A DNA stretch of 55,673 bases from Vulcanimicrobiota bacterium (GTDB taxonomy: Bacteria; Vulcanimicrobiota; Xenobia; Xenobiales; JADMJV01): positions 1 through 55,673 of the forward strand of contig JBJHCR010000004.1 of the NCBI GenBank assembly GCA_050486105.1. The letters run 5' to 3'. The first letter of the stretch is position 1. The number at the start of each line of letters is the position of its first letter. Shown here in pieces: positions 34,850 to 46,700 of the stretch. Under the pieces are notes generated by a model. That model made no database searches, was not told the origin of the DNA, and saw only the letters and a list, made by a program, of their open reading frames with translations. Position numbers and translations under genes: made by a program.

Positions 34850-36508
34850 ATGAAAGTTTTGAACAAGGGGATGAACCTCTTCTGGAATGGGTCCGACACC
34901 GACCTTCACTTCGGCGAGGAAGGGCTAAAAACGGCCCTCGACCGGCTAGAGGAGAGTTTTTGGGTTCTGCGGGACCAAGGCGGTGAGTTCGCTTACGCGC
35001 CAGCGGCCGGTGAGGGCCTTAATCCGGACCCTTCGGGTTCAGGTTGGGCCTTTCACGGGTTTTTGCCTCGCCTGACTCCCCGTGAATTAGGTGACCGCTC
35101 TTTCTGTGAAGCTCATAATGTCACCTATCCCTACGTGGTTGGCGCCATGGCTAACGGGATCACCAGTGCGGAGTTGGTTGAGGCTGCGGCCAGCACTGGG
35201 GCACTCGGCGTGTTTGGAGCCGCTGGTTTGACCTTGGACCGGGTCGAGGCCGCCATCGACCGCCTAGAGGCGAGCTTGGGACTGGATGGCTTCGGCTCCA
35301 ATTTGATTCATTCGCCTAATGAGCCGGACCTTGAAGAAGGTGTGGTGGACCTCTATCTTCGGCGAGGTATACGCAGGGTGAGCGCTTCAGCCTATCTGGG
35401 GCTAACTTTGCCTCTCCTCAAATACCGTTACCACGGCATCAGGCGAGATAGCGATGGAACAGTGGTCACCGACCAGCAAGTCTTGGGCAAGATCTCTCGA
35501 GTGGAAGTGGCAGAAAAACTGTTCTCTCCCCCGCCGGAGAAGATGCTTAGGGCCCTGGTGGAAAGTGGAGTTTTGACCTCTGAGCAAGCAGAACTCGCCG
35601 CTCTAGTTCCCGTCGCCGAAGACCTAACGGCAGAGGCGGATTCGGGTGGGCACACCGACAATCGGCCGGCCTTAGCCTTGCTTCCTACCATTATCGCTCT
35701 CAGGGATGAGAAGCAGAAGCTTTATCAGGGGTTACCCATCAATTTGCGGGTTGGAGCGGCCGGAGGGATATCGACTCCGGCATCGGCCTGCGCTGCCTTT
35801 GCGATGGGGGCGGCCTATATCGTGACGGGCAGTGTGAATCAGTCTTGCCGGGAGTCCGGGAGTTCGGACATTGTTCGAGAGATGCTGTGCAAGGCAGGGC
35901 AGGCGGACGTGGCCATGGCTCCGGCCGCCGACATGTTCGAAATGGGGGTCCAAGTGCAAGTGCTCAAATGGGGAACCATGTTTCCCGTTCGGGCCAAGAA
36001 ACTCTATCAATTGTATAGGGATTTTTCCTCGTTAGATGACCTCCCAGCGGCTGAGCGGGGGATTCTGGAAAAGAGTTTCTTCAAGCAGCCTCTGGAACAG
36101 GTTTGGGCTGACACCAAGGCCTTTTTTAAGGTTCGAGACCCCAGGCAGGTGGACCGAGCAGAGAAAGATCCCAAGCATCTGATGGCCTTGGTTTTTCGTT
36201 CTTACCTGGGGCGGGCGTCCGGGTGGGCCAACGCAGGGATCCCCGACCGCAAAGTGGATTATCAAGTTTGGTGTGGGCCTGCTATGGGGGCCTTCAATCA
36301 GTGGGTCGAAGGCACGTTCTTGGCTGAGCCCAAGGCTCGCAGAGCTGCAGTGGTAGCGAGAAATATCCTGGCCGGCTCTGCCTATTTGAGTAGGGTGAAC
36401 ATGCTGCGCCAACAGCAGGTTCCTCTCTCTCATGCGGTGGTGAAATTTTCGCCAAAGAGTCCAGAAGAGCTCGAAGCTCTGTTCGGCTCCCAGGGTAGAC
36501 AAGATTAA
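34850..36508 (+). CDS. pfaD: PUFA synthase enoyl reductase PfaD (FabK-like)
   Basis: GAMANGI, NLIHSP, EADSGGHTDNRP, GAAGGI, MAPAADMFEMG, YQVWCGPAMG. Start is ATG 34850 or 34871. Confidence 0.95.
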   Translation: MKVLNKGMNLFWNGSDTDLHFGEEGLKTALDRLEESFWVLRDQGGEFAYAPAAGEGLNPDPSGSGWAFHGFLPRLTPRELGDRSFCEAHNVTYPYVVGAMANGITSAELVEAAASTGALGVFGAAGLTLDRVEAAIDRLEASLGLDGFGSNLIHSPNEPDLEEGVVDLYLRRGIRRVSASAYLGLTLPLLKYRYHGIRRDSDGTVVTDQQVLGKISRVEVAEKLFSPPPEKMLRALVESGVLTSEQAELAALVPVAEDLTAEADSGGHTDNRPALALLPTIIALRDEKQKLYQGLPINLRVGAAGGISTPASACAAFAMGAAYIVTGSVNQSCRESGSSDIVREMLCKAGQADVAMAPAADMFEMGVQVQVLKWGTMFPVRAKKLYQLYRDFSSLDDLPAAERGILEKSFFKQPLEQVWADTKAFFKVRDPRQVDRAEKDPKHLMALVFRSYLGRASGWANAGIPDRKVDYQVWCGPAMGAFNQWVEGTFLAEPKARRAAVVARNILAGSAYLSRVNMLRQQQVPLSHAVVKFSPKSPEELEALFGSQGRQD

Positions 36509-36527
36509 GGTGAGGTAGATAGAGAAG

Positions 36528-39500
36528 ATGACGACGAAAACCGAGCAGGGAGTCCTACGCAACGGAGAGTTTGCCATCGTTGGGATGTCAGCGCTCTTTC
36601 CTAAGGCAGCGAACCTGAAAGCCTTCTGGAAGGTTCTGCGCCTTGGGGTCGACACCATTGGAGACATACCTTCGACTCACTGGAAGCCCGAGGATTACTT
36701 CGATGCGGATCAGAAGGCGCCCGATAAGACCTACTGTCGTCGCGGCGGTTTTCTCGATCCCTACCCTTTTGATCCCACGGAATTTTCCATGCCCCCTACG
36801 GTTCTTGAAGCCACCGACACTTCTCAACTCTTGGGCTTAGTGGCAGCCAAGGCTGCTCTCGAGGATGCCGGCTACACCAGTGAGCGGGAATTCGATCGTG
36901 AGATGACCAGCATCATCCTGGGCGTCACCGGGACCTTGGAGTTGGTGGTCCCTCTGGGGGCGCGCCTCGGGCACCCCTACTGGCGTAAGGCCCTGCAAGA
37001 ATCAGGCCTCAGCGATGACTTGGTGGAAGAGGTCATGACCCGCATCTCCGCAGACTATGTCCCTTGGCAGGAGAACTCTTTCCCTGGACTTTTGGGAAAT
37101 GTTGTCGCCGGTCGGATCGCCAATCGCTTGGACCTCCACGGGACGAACTGCGTGGTCGATGCAGCCTGTGCCAGCACCCTATCAGCGGCTCATTTGGCTT
37201 TGTTGGAACTGGAAACAGGTCAAGCCGATATGGTGATCACCGGAGGGGTCGACACCTTCAACGACATCTTTATGTACATGTGCTTCTCCAAGACTCCGGC
37301 TCTCAGCGCCTCAGGCCAGATTCGACCCTTTGACGCTCAAGGCGACGGTACCCTCATTGGAGAGGGTATTGGGATGGTGGTCCTCAAGCGCTTGGCCGAT
37401 GCCCAGCGAGACAAAGACCGCATTTATGCCGTGATTCGAGGGGTGGGCACCTCCAGCGACGGCAAAGAGAAGGCAGTTTATGCTCCGTTCTCTCCCGGAC
37501 AAGCCCGAGCTTTGCGCCGGGCCTACGAGAATGCCGGAGTGTCTCCCCGCACTATCGAATTGGTAGAGGCTCACGGGACCGGGACGAAAGTAGGAGATGT
37601 GGTGGAGTTCGAGGCCCTGAAAGGGGTCTACGCCGAAGCCAGTCCCGACCAGGGATGGTGCGCTTTAGGGAGCGTTAAGTCCCAGATCGGACACACCAAG
37701 GCAGCAGCGGGTTCGGCAGGTATGATCAAGGCAGCCTTGGCCCTGCATCATAAGGTTTTGCCGCCCACCATCAACATCAGTCGGCCAAATCCCAAGCTCG
37801 GGGTCGAGGAGAGCGCCTTCTACCTCAACACCCTCAGTCGGCCGTGGATCTCGCATCCGGAGCACCCGCGTCGGGCAGCTTTGTCGTCATTCGGCTTCGG
37901 TGGGAGCAACTTTCATATCGTTTTGGAAGAATACGGGGCGGCTCGGACCGAAGTGGCTTGGGATGGCAGCGTTGAGATCGCGGCCTTTTCGGGCTCGAGT
38001 CAAGTTGAGATCGCAAGAGCCGTGAAGAATCTGCTCGAAGGGCCGGGAGATTTGTCTCACGGTCTGTATCAGAACCGGAAAACCTTCGAGCCCAAGGCAC
38101 CTCATCGTCTGATTGTGCCGGCCCAGGCTTCGCAGATGAAGGAAGCCTTGACTGAAGCTCTCCAGGCTTTGGAGGGTGGGCAGCGCCCGAACTTCTATGG
38201 AGAAGGCCCGGTCCAAGGCAAGCTTGCCTTTCTCTTCCCCGGGCAGGGCTCACAGTACGTGAACATGGGTCGGGATTTGGCTTGTCTGTTCCCGGAAATG
38301 TTAGAATCTCTGGACTCCGTCGGTCGTGAGGTGGGCCAGGCTATCTACCCTCCGCCGACTCAAGATTCTCAACTGGAAAAGGCCCAGCAAGACTATTTGA
38401 CCTCCACCGACCGAGCTCAGCCCGCTCTAGGGGTCATCGAGCGAGGATATTTTCACCTATTGCAGCGTTTCGGTTTGACTCCCGAGGGGACGGCCGGTCA
38501 CTCCTATGGAGAATTGGTGGCGCTGTATGCTGCCGGTGTGCTCGACGGCCAAGGCTTAGCGGAGTTGTCTGCCGAGAGGGGTCGGTTGATGGCTCAGCAG
38601 GGCGAAGACCTAGGAACCATGATGGCGGTGAAAGGCTCTCTGGAGAAAGTTGAAAAAGTTCTCAAGGAGTCTGGCACCTCGGTAGTTCTGGCTAACCGCA
38701 ATTCTCCCGAGCAATGCGTGCTGTCAGGTTCCGAAAAGGACCTCAAGGCCCTCGCCCCGGAACTCAAGAAGGCTGGCTTGAAGGGCGTGCCTTTGAAGGT
38801 CGGGGCCGCTTTCCATAGCCCATTCGTGGCCGGCGCCCGAGACCCGTTCCACCAGGTGGCCTCAAAGGTTAAGTTCCATAAGTCTGAGATCCCGGTCTAC
38901 GCTAACAAGACTGCCAGCCCTTATCCGAAGTCGGGCAAGGCGGCCCGGGCGCTGCTGGCTGATCAGTTGGTCCATCAGGTCAATTTCGTGGAACTCATTG
39001 AAACCATGGCCTCCGATGGGTTCACCACTTTTGTTGAGGTTGGTCCCAAGACGGTCCTCGGCGGTCTGGTGAAGGCTATCCTGGCCGAATCTCAAGCAGC
39101 TCAGGTGGTTTCCTTGGATGCCTCAGCCGGGCGCTCAGATGCCCTCCTCGATCTGTCGAAAGCCCTGGCCCAGTTGGCTGCTTGGGGATGGTCGGTGGAC
39201 CTCGGCGCTTGGGAAACCGAGCCGGTGGTCAAGGCAAAGCAGCGGATGACGGTGGAGATATCGGGAGCGAATTACCGCAGCAAGACCCCGGTGAAACCGC
39301 CGATCAGGATCCAGGGTTCCGTGGGCACGCGAGACAAGGGTGCCGCGTTACCAACTCAGAGTTCGCATCTCTCGGCCAAAGTCACCGAAAGAGTTTCCGC
39401 CCCGACTCAAGCAGCAGCACCCCAGCCACCGAGTGCCCCCATCGCCGAACCAGGGCCTAGCTCTCGTTCCATGGTGAATGCAGCAGCACCGCAAGGTGGT

Positions 39501-42500
39501 ACCCACGCGGATAGTCGGACTTCAGCAAACGTCGGCCAGCCCTCCCTGGGAGCCCTATTGCCTCACTTTGAGGCTCTGCAGGAGCTCTCGAGACAGACGG
39601 CTCAAGTTCACCAACAATTTCTGAAAAGCCAGGAAGCGGCCCAGCGCACCCTCGGTCAGCTCTTGAGCGGAGCAGGGGAACGGCCCTCGCTCTCCCTTCG
39701 AGAAGCGGCGCCGCAACCCGTTCGCTCGGTACCGCAGAGCTGGCCTGTTTCCACCTCGAGGCCTTTGGTGCCGGTGAGCCAGGCGCCATCACCTCCGCCG
39801 AGACCAATGCCTATTCCGGCGGTGGCCGTGGTCGCCGAGGAGGTCAAACCTGCGGTTCGGGCAACAACCCAAGCGCCACCTAAGTCTGAGACCGCACCCG
39901 CGAGATCGGCCAGTCCCGAAGTTTCTCAGGCGTTGCTGAAAGTGGTAGCGGAGAAGACCGGGTATCCCGTCGAAATGCTGACCCTGGATATGGACTTGGA
40001 AGGAGACCTGGGGATCGACAGCATCAAGCGGGTGGAGATCCTGGCAGCGGTGGAAGAGGCCATACCCAATTTGCCTAAGGTGGATTCGGACCGTCTCGGC
40101 AGTTTGCGGACCTTGTCCGAGATTGTTGCCGCTCTGGGGAGCGCGGCGCCTTCGACTTTGAAAGCCACGGGAATCACGGTCGCTCCGATGGCCCAAGGTA
40201 ACCCAGAAGACGCTCGCGTGTCCCAGGCATTACTCGAGGTGGTGGCCGAAAAGACCGGTTACCCGGTTGAGATGCTGACCTTGGAGATGGACCTCGAAGG
40301 AGACCTCGGGATCGACAGCATCAAGCGAGTGGAGATTCTAGCTGCGGTGGAAGAGGCCATCCCTGGTTTGCCCAAGGTGGATTCAGACCGTTTAGGAAGT
40401 TTGCGGTCTCTGGGTGAGATCGTGGGTGCTCTCGCCCCTGCAGGAGCTGTGAGTCCATCCGCTCTAACGCCGACTCAGGAATCGAGTTCCGACTCTGGAG
40501 CCACCGCTCAAGCACTGATGCACGTGGTGGCTGACAAGACGGGTTACCCAGCGGAGATGCTGACCTTGGAAATGGATCTAGAGTCGGACCTGGGGATCGA
40601 CAGCATCAAGAGGGTGGAGATCCTAGCTGCGGTGGAAGAGGCCGTTCCCGGCTTGCCCAAGATCGATTCGGAAAGACTTGGAAGCCTGCGGACTCTTGGG
40701 GAGATCGTTTCCGCCCTGGGGAGTGGGACCCCCACTCCTGTGGCCGCTTCAGCGCCTCCAAGTCTCCTCGTCTCCAAGGGAGGTCAAGGAGGGGAAGCCG
40801 CCTCTTCAGCGCTGCTCAAAGTGGTGGCCGAGAAGACCGGCTATCCGGCCGAGATGTTGACCCTTGAGATGGACTTGGAGTCTGACCTGGGGATCGACAG
40901 TATCAAGAGGGTAGAGATCCTCGCTGCGGTGGAAGAGGCCGTGCCGGGGATGCCCAAAATCGACTCTGAGGTGCTGGGAAGCTTGAGAACCCTGGCCGAG
41001 ATCGTCGCTGCCCTCGGCTCAACCGGGGCAACTCCTTCTAGGGAAGAGTATGCCCCTTCCGTGAGCAACGCATCCGGAGGTGCGGTCTCAGAGGCTTTAC
41101 TCGAGGTGGTATCCGAAAAGACCGGATATCCTCTGGAAATGCTGACTTTAGATATGGATCTCGAAGGAGATCTCGGTATCGACAGCATCAAGAGGGTGGA
41201 GATCCTGGCTGCGGTGGAAGAGGCTGTGCCCAACCTTCCCAAACTGGACTCGGATCGTATGGGAAGCCTGCGGACCCTAGGGGAAATCGTTGAGGCCCTG
41301 TCGCTCGGTTCGGGCCCTGTGGTTGGACCCAGCCTGGCTTCTAGTGCTCACGCTGGGGTGACCCCTGCGGCCAAGATCAGTCGCCAAGCCTTACAGTTGG
41401 TGGATGTGGGTCCAGGGGATACGGTAGGCCTTCCGGTCGCCGAAGGTCGGCGTTTGGTGGTGATCGAGGACACTCCTGGTTTAGGACAAACCCTGGTTGA
41501 GGTGCTGGAATCTCGGGGTGTCTATTGCTCACTTTGGGGAGCCGAGGAGCCGCTTCCAGAGGATTTGGGAACCTTGGTCCTGGTCGGCAACGGGGGGCAA
41601 GGCGAGCGCTCGAGAGAGTTCCTGTTTCGAGCTTTCCAGAGAGTACGGGAGGCTTCTCAGTCGCTCCGAACTCACGCCGGAGGGCTCTTCACGGTGACCA
41701 CCTTGGATGGGAGTTTCGGTCTGAAGGGCAAGACTTTCGACCCCTTTATCGGAGGGCTCGCCGGTATTCCCAAGACGGTGGCTCACGAGTGGCCGGAAGT
41801 GGTCACCCGAGCCATCGATAGACACCCCGATCTGATGGTGGATGAGGTGGCTGAAGAACTGTTTAAGGATGGCCCGGTTGAAGTGGCCCTCACTCCTGGC
41901 CGCCGTGAGACTCTGGTGACCATGGTTAGTGACTCCACCGAAGGGACCCCTTATCTCGGAGCTGATGACGTGGTCTTGGTCACCGGTGGGGCTCGCGGAG
42001 TGACCGCTGCCTGTGCTTTGGCCGTAGCAGCTCAGCATCGATGCAAATTCGCCCTTTTGGGCCGCACCAAGCTCGAGGGACCCAGCTTCAGTCTGTATCC
42101 TGATTGCCCTGACGAAGCGTCCTTGAAGCGGACCATTCTGGCCCAACAGTTCTCTGGAAAAGCTAAACCCAAGGAACTCGAAGAAGCGGCTCGCAAAGTC
42201 CTCGGGCAACGGGAGATCCGTCAGAGCCTGGATGGCCTGAAGGCTCTGGGAGTTCAAGCCGAGTACTTGGCTTGCGATGTGCGCGACAAAGAGCAGTTAT
42301 CTCAGGCTATCAAGGAGATCACCGCGAGCCTGGGTCGGCCCACAGGCCTGATCCACGGTGCAGGGGTTCTGGCGGACCGCAAGATTGAGGACAAGACAGA
42401 TCAGCAGTTCCAGCAGGTTTTCGAAACCAAGGTTAAGAGCCTAGTGGCCCTCACCGAACTCTTGCCGGATCTCAAAGCCCTGGTTCTGTTCTCTTCGGTC

Positions 42501-43697
42501 ACCGCTCGATTTGGGCGCCCGGGTCAGATCGATTACTGCATGGCTAACGAGGTCTTGAATAAATACGCTCAGTTCGAGTCGCGCCGTAGACCGCGCTGCA
42601 AGGTGGTGGCCATGGGTTGGGGTCCATGGGCCGGGGGAATGGTCACCCCGGCTTTGGCCCGGGAATTCGAGAGGATCGGGGTGGGATTGATTCCCATCGA
42701 ACTCGGGGCGAAAGCGGTGGCCGACGAATTGGCCCAACAAGGAGGTTCGGCTCACGCTGAAGTCCTCTTTGGAGACGGTTTCCCTGAACCGGCGCCGACG
42801 GTCCGCCGGACTAAGGACCACAGCGATGGAAGCGGAAAGCTGCTGTTGCAGAAGACCCTTTCCGTCAAAACCCTACCTTTTCTCGATTCCCACCGTTTGG
42901 GTGGGGACCCGGTCTTGCCTATGGCCATGATGCAGGAGTGGTTCGTCCAAGGAGCCCTCCATGGCGGAACCGGCCTTCGCTTGATCGGCATCGATGACCT
43001 CAGAGTCTTTCGCGGTGCGGTGATCCGAGATGGCGTGGAACCGACCTTGGTGGTGACGGCCCAAGAGGGTCAAATGACCAGCCAAACCGGGAATTATCGC
43101 TGGACTCTGGAGCTTCGAGACATCAGTCGCAACATTCTCCACGCCCGGGCCACCGTGGTTCTCGGTGATGCCTTACCCGAGCAGCCTGAGGCCCGAGAGT
43201 TGAATGGGATAGCCTCCAACGCTTACGGCCATGACAGCGAATCGATATACAGCAACCTTTTGTTCCACGGAACGGACTTCCACGCCGTGAGCGAGGTGTC
43301 AGGGATCTCGGATCGAGGGCTGGCCGCTCTGCTCAAGGTGGCGAAGGCTCCAGCTCACTGGGAAGCTGAGCCCTTGCGCTCCGACTGGGTGACCGAGCCT
43401 CTGGTGGTCGATGGAGTGCTGCAATTAGGGATTCTCTGGTCTTGGGAGAACCTAGGGAAGCCTTCCCTGCCGAATGGCTTTGCCCGCTATCGTCAGTACG
43501 TCAGGAGATTCCCGAAGAAGCCGGTGACCGCAATTCTGAGAGTGACCTCCTCCAGTGAACGCAGTGTGGTCGCTGACTGCGAGTTGCGCGATGAAAAAGG
43601 CAGGGTCCTGGCAACCTTCGAGAAGCTCGACTGGACGGCCGATGAGGGCCTGAAGGCGGCCTTCGGTCTGCCGAGCGCTCTAGCGTCCCGGAGCTAG
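36528..43697 (+). CDS. pfaA: PUFA synthase PfaA: KS-MAT-(ACP)5-KR-DH
   Basis: KS DAACAS/EAHGTGT/IGHTK; MAT GHSYG/AFHS; five LGIDSIKRVEIL ACPs; KR GGARGVT...DYCMANE; DH HRLGGDPVLP. Confidence 0.96.
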   Translation: MTTKTEQGVLRNGEFAIVGMSALFPKAANLKAFWKVLRLGVDTIGDIPSTHWKPEDYFDADQKAPDKTYCRRGGFLDPYPFDPTEFSMPPTVLEATDTSQLLGLVAAKAALEDAGYTSEREFDREMTSIILGVTGTLELVVPLGARLGHPYWRKALQESGLSDDLVEEVMTRISADYVPWQENSFPGLLGNVVAGRIANRLDLHGTNCVVDAACASTLSAAHLALLELETGQADMVITGGVDTFNDIFMYMCFSKTPALSASGQIRPFDAQGDGTLIGEGIGMVVLKRLADAQRDKDRIYAVIRGVGTSSDGKEKAVYAPFSPGQARALRRAYENAGVSPRTIELVEAHGTGTKVGDVVEFEALKGVYAEASPDQGWCALGSVKSQIGHTKAAAGSAGMIKAALALHHKVLPPTINISRPNPKLGVEESAFYLNTLSRPWISHPEHPRRAALSSFGFGGSNFHIVLEEYGAARTEVAWDGSVEIAAFSGSSQVEIARAVKNLLEGPGDLSHGLYQNRKTFEPKAPHRLIVPAQASQMKEALTEALQALEGGQRPNFYGEGPVQGKLAFLFPGQGSQYVNMGRDLACLFPEMLESLDSVGREVGQAIYPPPTQDSQLEKAQQDYLTSTDRAQPALGVIERGYFHLLQRFGLTPEGTAGHSYGELVALYAAGVLDGQGLAELSAERGRLMAQQGEDLGTMMAVKGSLEKVEKVLKESGTSVVLANRNSPEQCVLSGSEKDLKALAPELKKAGLKGVPLKVGAAFHSPFVAGARDPFHQVASKVKFHKSEIPVYANKTASPYPKSGKAARALLADQLVHQVNFVELIETMASDGFTTFVEVGPKTVLGGLVKAILAESQAAQVVSLDASAGRSDALLDLSKALAQLAAWGWSVDLGAWETEPVVKAKQRMTVEISGANYRSKTPVKPPIRIQGSVGTRDKGAALPTQSSHLSAKVTERVSAPTQAAAPQPPSAPIAEPGPSSRSMVNAAAPQGGTHADSRTSANVGQPSLGALLPHFEALQELSRQTAQVHQQFLKSQEAAQRTLGQLLSGAGERPSLSLREAAPQPVRSVPQSWPVSTSRPLVPVSQAPSPPPRPMPIPAVAVVAEEVKPAVRATTQAPPKSETAPARSASPEVSQALLKVVAEKTGYPVEMLTLDMDLEGDLGIDSIKRVEILAAVEEAIPNLPKVDSDRLGSLRTLSEIVAALGSAAPSTLKATGITVAPMAQGNPEDARVSQALLEVVAEKTGYPVEMLTLEMDLEGDLGIDSIKRVEILAAVEEAIPGLPKVDSDRLGSLRSLGEIVGALAPAGAVSPSALTPTQESSSDSGATAQALMHVVADKTGYPAEMLTLEMDLESDLGIDSIKRVEILAAVEEAVPGLPKIDSERLGSLRTLGEIVSALGSGTPTPVAASAPPSLLVSKGGQGGEAASSALLKVVAEKTGYPAEMLTLEMDLESDLGIDSIKRVEILAAVEEAVPGMPKIDSEVLGSLRTLAEIVAALGSTGATPSREEYAPSVSNASGGAVSEALLEVVSEKTGYPLEMLTLDMDLEGDLGIDSIKRVEILAAVEEAVPNLPKLDSDRMGSLRTLGEIVEALSLGSGPVVGPSLASSAHAGVTPAAKISRQALQLVDVGPGDTVGLPVAEGRRLVVIEDTPGLGQTLVEVLESRGVYCSLWGAEEPLPEDLGTLVLVGNGGQGERSREFLFRAFQRVREASQSLRTHAGGLFTVTTLDGSFGLKGKTFDPFIGGLAGIPKTVAHEWPEVVTRAIDRHPDLMVDEVAEELFKDGPVEVALTPGRRETLVTMVSDSTEGTPYLGADDVVLVTGGARGVTAACALAVAAQHRCKFALLGRTKLEGPSFSLYPDCPDEASLKRTILAQQFSGKAKPKELEEAARKVLGQREIRQSLDGLKALGVQAEYLACDVRDKEQLSQAIKEITASLGRPTGLIHGAGVLADRKIEDKTDQQFQQVFETKVKSLVALTELLPDLKALVLFSSVTARFGRPGQIDYCMANEVLNKYAQFESRRRPRCKVVAMGWGPWAGGMVTPALAREFERIGVGLIPIELGAKAVADELAQQGGSAHAEVLFGDGFPEPAPTVRRTKDHSDGSGKLLLQKTLSVKTLPFLDSHRLGGDPVLPMAMMQEWFVQGALHGGTGLRLIGIDDLRVFRGAVIRDGVEPTLVVTAQEGQMTSQTGNYRWTLELRDISRNILHARATVVLGDALPEQPEARELNGIASNAYGHDSESIYSNLLFHGTDFHAVSEVSGISDRGLAALLKVAKAPAHWEAEPLRSDWVTEPLVVDGVLQLGILWSWENLGKPSLPNGFARYRQYVRRFPKKPVTAILRVTSSSERSVVADCELRDEKGRVLATFEKLDWTADEGLKAAFGLPSALASRS
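39921..41300 (+). repeat. Five tandem ACP domain repeats within pfaA
   Basis: Five copies of VVxxKTGYPxEMLTLxMDLExDLGIDSIKRVEILAAVEEA separated by Ala/Ser/Pro linkers. Confidence 0.95.
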
Positions 43698-43711
43698 AAA
43701 GGCCAATAAAC

Positions 43712-46700
43712 TTGAATCAACGGTATTCTGTCGCCGTAGTGGGTCTCGGTGGAGTATTTCCGGCAGCCCCCAACGTCGACGCTTATTGGGAGAATATCCT
43801 CGGACGTCGTGACGCTTGCCGAGAGATCGGAGAGGGGCGCTGGCCCGATCGTCCGGATTGGTATTCCGCTCGAGGCTCTGCCGATCGAGTGGCCTCCCTT
43901 CGGGCATGTTTGCTGGAGGCTGTCCCTGAGCCGAAGAGCGGTGATCCTCAGGGACTGAAACTCGACGATCTGAGTAAGCTTTCTCTGGTGGCAGCCGAGA
44001 TGGCCCTCGAGGACGCCAGTGCTCCGATTCGCTCCAAGGAACGGGTCGCTACCATCATGGCCTCCATAGCTCTTCCAACCGCCGAATCATCTCGCCTTTC
44101 TGAAGAGATCTTCTTGGGGCAGTTGGCAGCGGGCCTGACTCCCCGCCCCGAGTCCCCTTCTTTGACGGTGGATCCGTCTTGGAGGGAGGTCACCGGAAGA
44201 GCCGCTCAAGTGATCGCTCGAAGCTTGGGCTTCGGAGGGTTCACGCTGACCTTGGATGCCGCCTGCGCCTCTTCGCTCTATGCTGTGAAGTTGGCTTGCG
44301 ACGCCCTCGTTGATGGGCGGGTCGATGCGGTCCTAGCGGGAGGAGTGAACCGAGCCGACAGCCTTTACACCCAGGCCGGATTCACAGCCTTGGGCGCTCT
44401 GAGCCCAACCGGTCGCTGCTCTCCATTCGACGCCCGAGGCACCGGTCTGGTGGTGGGGGAAGGAGCCGGCGTCTTGCTGCTCAAGCGTTTTTCCGACGCC
44501 GTTCAGGATGGGGACCGAATCTATGCCGTGATTCAGGGAATCGGGCTGTCCAATGACATTGGAGGAAGTCTGCTCGCTCCCGACTCTGAAGGGCAGCTTC
44601 GAGCTCTGCAACTGGCTTACGCTCAGGCTGGGTGGAGCCCTGAAGAGGTGCGCTTGGTTGAGTGCCATGGAACCGGCACCCCCATGGGTGACAAGACTGA
44701 GTTTCGCTCGTTGACCGATTTCTGGCCTGCAGAGGTTCCACAGAGGACGGTGCTGGGCTCGGTGAAATCGCAAATAGGACATCTTCTGACCGGTGCTGGG
44801 GCGGCGGGCTTGATTAAGGTGATCAAGGCTATTCACCATGGAATTCTTCCGCCGATGATCAATTTTGAGTCTCCAGCTCCGGGAATCGATCTCCAGAAGA
44901 GTGCTTTCGAGATTCTGGATCAACCCAGAGAATGGACCGGGGATACAGTTCGCAGAGGGGGAGTGTCGGCATTCGGCTTTGGCGGCATCAATGGTCATGT
45001 CTTGCTGGAAGCTCCTCATAAGCCAACCTCGCTGACCCCTTCGCCCTCGAAACCCCGGGTCAATCCCGAAGAGGTGGTGGTCACGGGACTGGCCGTGCAT
45101 TTGGGACAAGAGCACGACCTCGAGCGGATCATGGTAGACCTTTTTTGGGATCACAGTTCCGTCGGGCCCCGGCCCCAAGGACGTTGGCCGAACGAACTGG
45201 CCGGCGAGAGCGGGCCTCTCCAAGAGTTGTCAGAAATCTGGGGTCTCTTTTTGAGTGAGTTAGAAGTGGAGGTCGGTCAGTTCAGGGTGCCTCCCCGGGA
45301 CCTTCCAGAGATTTTGCTGCAGCAGTCTTTATTGCTGGCGGTAGCAGGCCGAGCAGTTGGCATGAGCTCCCTCGGAGATAAGGCGCGGTGTCGCCGAAGC
45401 GGGGCTCTCATCGGCGTAAATTTGGATCTGGAGACCACCAACTACCATCTGCGATGGGCCTTGAATCGTATGCTGGGCAAGCTCGGTGTCGACCCCGAGG
45501 CTTTCGATGAACCGACTCGAGAGCGCCTCAGAGATTCCCTGTCGAGGGTTCTGGACTCAACTCGGACTTTGGGAGCCTTGGGGAGTATCGTCGCCAGTCG
45601 AGCGGCTCGAGAGTTTTCCTTGGGAGGGCCCTCCTACGCCATTTCTTGCGGAGAACTATCCGGTGTTAGAGCCTTCGAGGTCGCTTACCGGGCCATCTCC
45701 CATGGGGAGATGGACAGTTGTCTGGTGGGGGCTATCGATCTGGCGGGAGACCCTCGCGCGGTTTGGTCTGAAGATGGACAAACTCCCTTCATCAGGGGGA
45801 CTTGCGCTCGCCCGTTCGATCAGGACGGGGTTGGTCCTACGATTTCAGAAGGCGCGGTGGTCTTGATCCTCAAGAGTCGTTCAGCAGCTGAGGCAGACGG
45901 GGACAAGATCCTGGCCGTCGTGGAGGACCTCCAGGCAGCCGGGGGCGTCGGTGGACTGAGGTCGGTGCTGCAGGGCAGCGCCCAAGCTATGGCTGACCGC
46001 GGCGAAGGCCAGGATCGGATCGGCTATGTGGAAATCCTGTCCCGGGGTGAGGAAGTCTCCGACAGTCGTTTCCTCAAGCTTTGGGACGAAATCTTCCCCG
46101 GAGCCCAGGACCGGCATTTCCCTCATGTAGCCCTCGGCAGCGCCGTGGGTTCTTTGGGCTTTCCCGGTGCGGCCTCAGGCCTGTTGGCCGTGACTCGTGC
46201 GGTGGTGGCCTTGTCAGGGAAGGTGATCCCGGCCCTCACTGGTTGCCGGACTCCGCTACCAACCTCCGAGCACCTGTATTTCCCCCGGGAACCTCATTTT
46301 TGGTGGAATGACCGAGAAGCTGGACCGAGACGAGCCCTGGCTGTTGGGGAAGGACGCGGTGGCGACGCATTCTCCTTGAAGTTGCGTGAAGCAGCCAAGA
46401 ATTTCTCTGTTGAGCCAGGAGACTTGGCTCCTCCTCGATGGAAGCTACTCGAGGCCCAATTATTCCTGGTGCATAAGGGCCAAGAAGGCAGACTTTCGGA
46501 GCTTGCGGCCGAGGGCCACGAGCTGCCCGAGTTGGCCAGGCAGTGGTGGCAAGTTCAACGCCATTCCAAGGATGCTCAGGGCGATACTCGGGGAGCTCTG
46601 GTCTGCCGCAGCGTTGAGGAGTTGCGGAAAGGCCTCGAGATCCTAAAGGAGCGATTTCGGACCGGGGGGCAACCCCTGGATGGCCCAGCTGGAGTATTTT

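Noticed and set aside
39921-41300. DNA repeats as a CRISPR array or assembly artefact
   Set aside because: In-frame ~220-nt units with synonymous differences encoding ACP domains, which is normal for PfaA.
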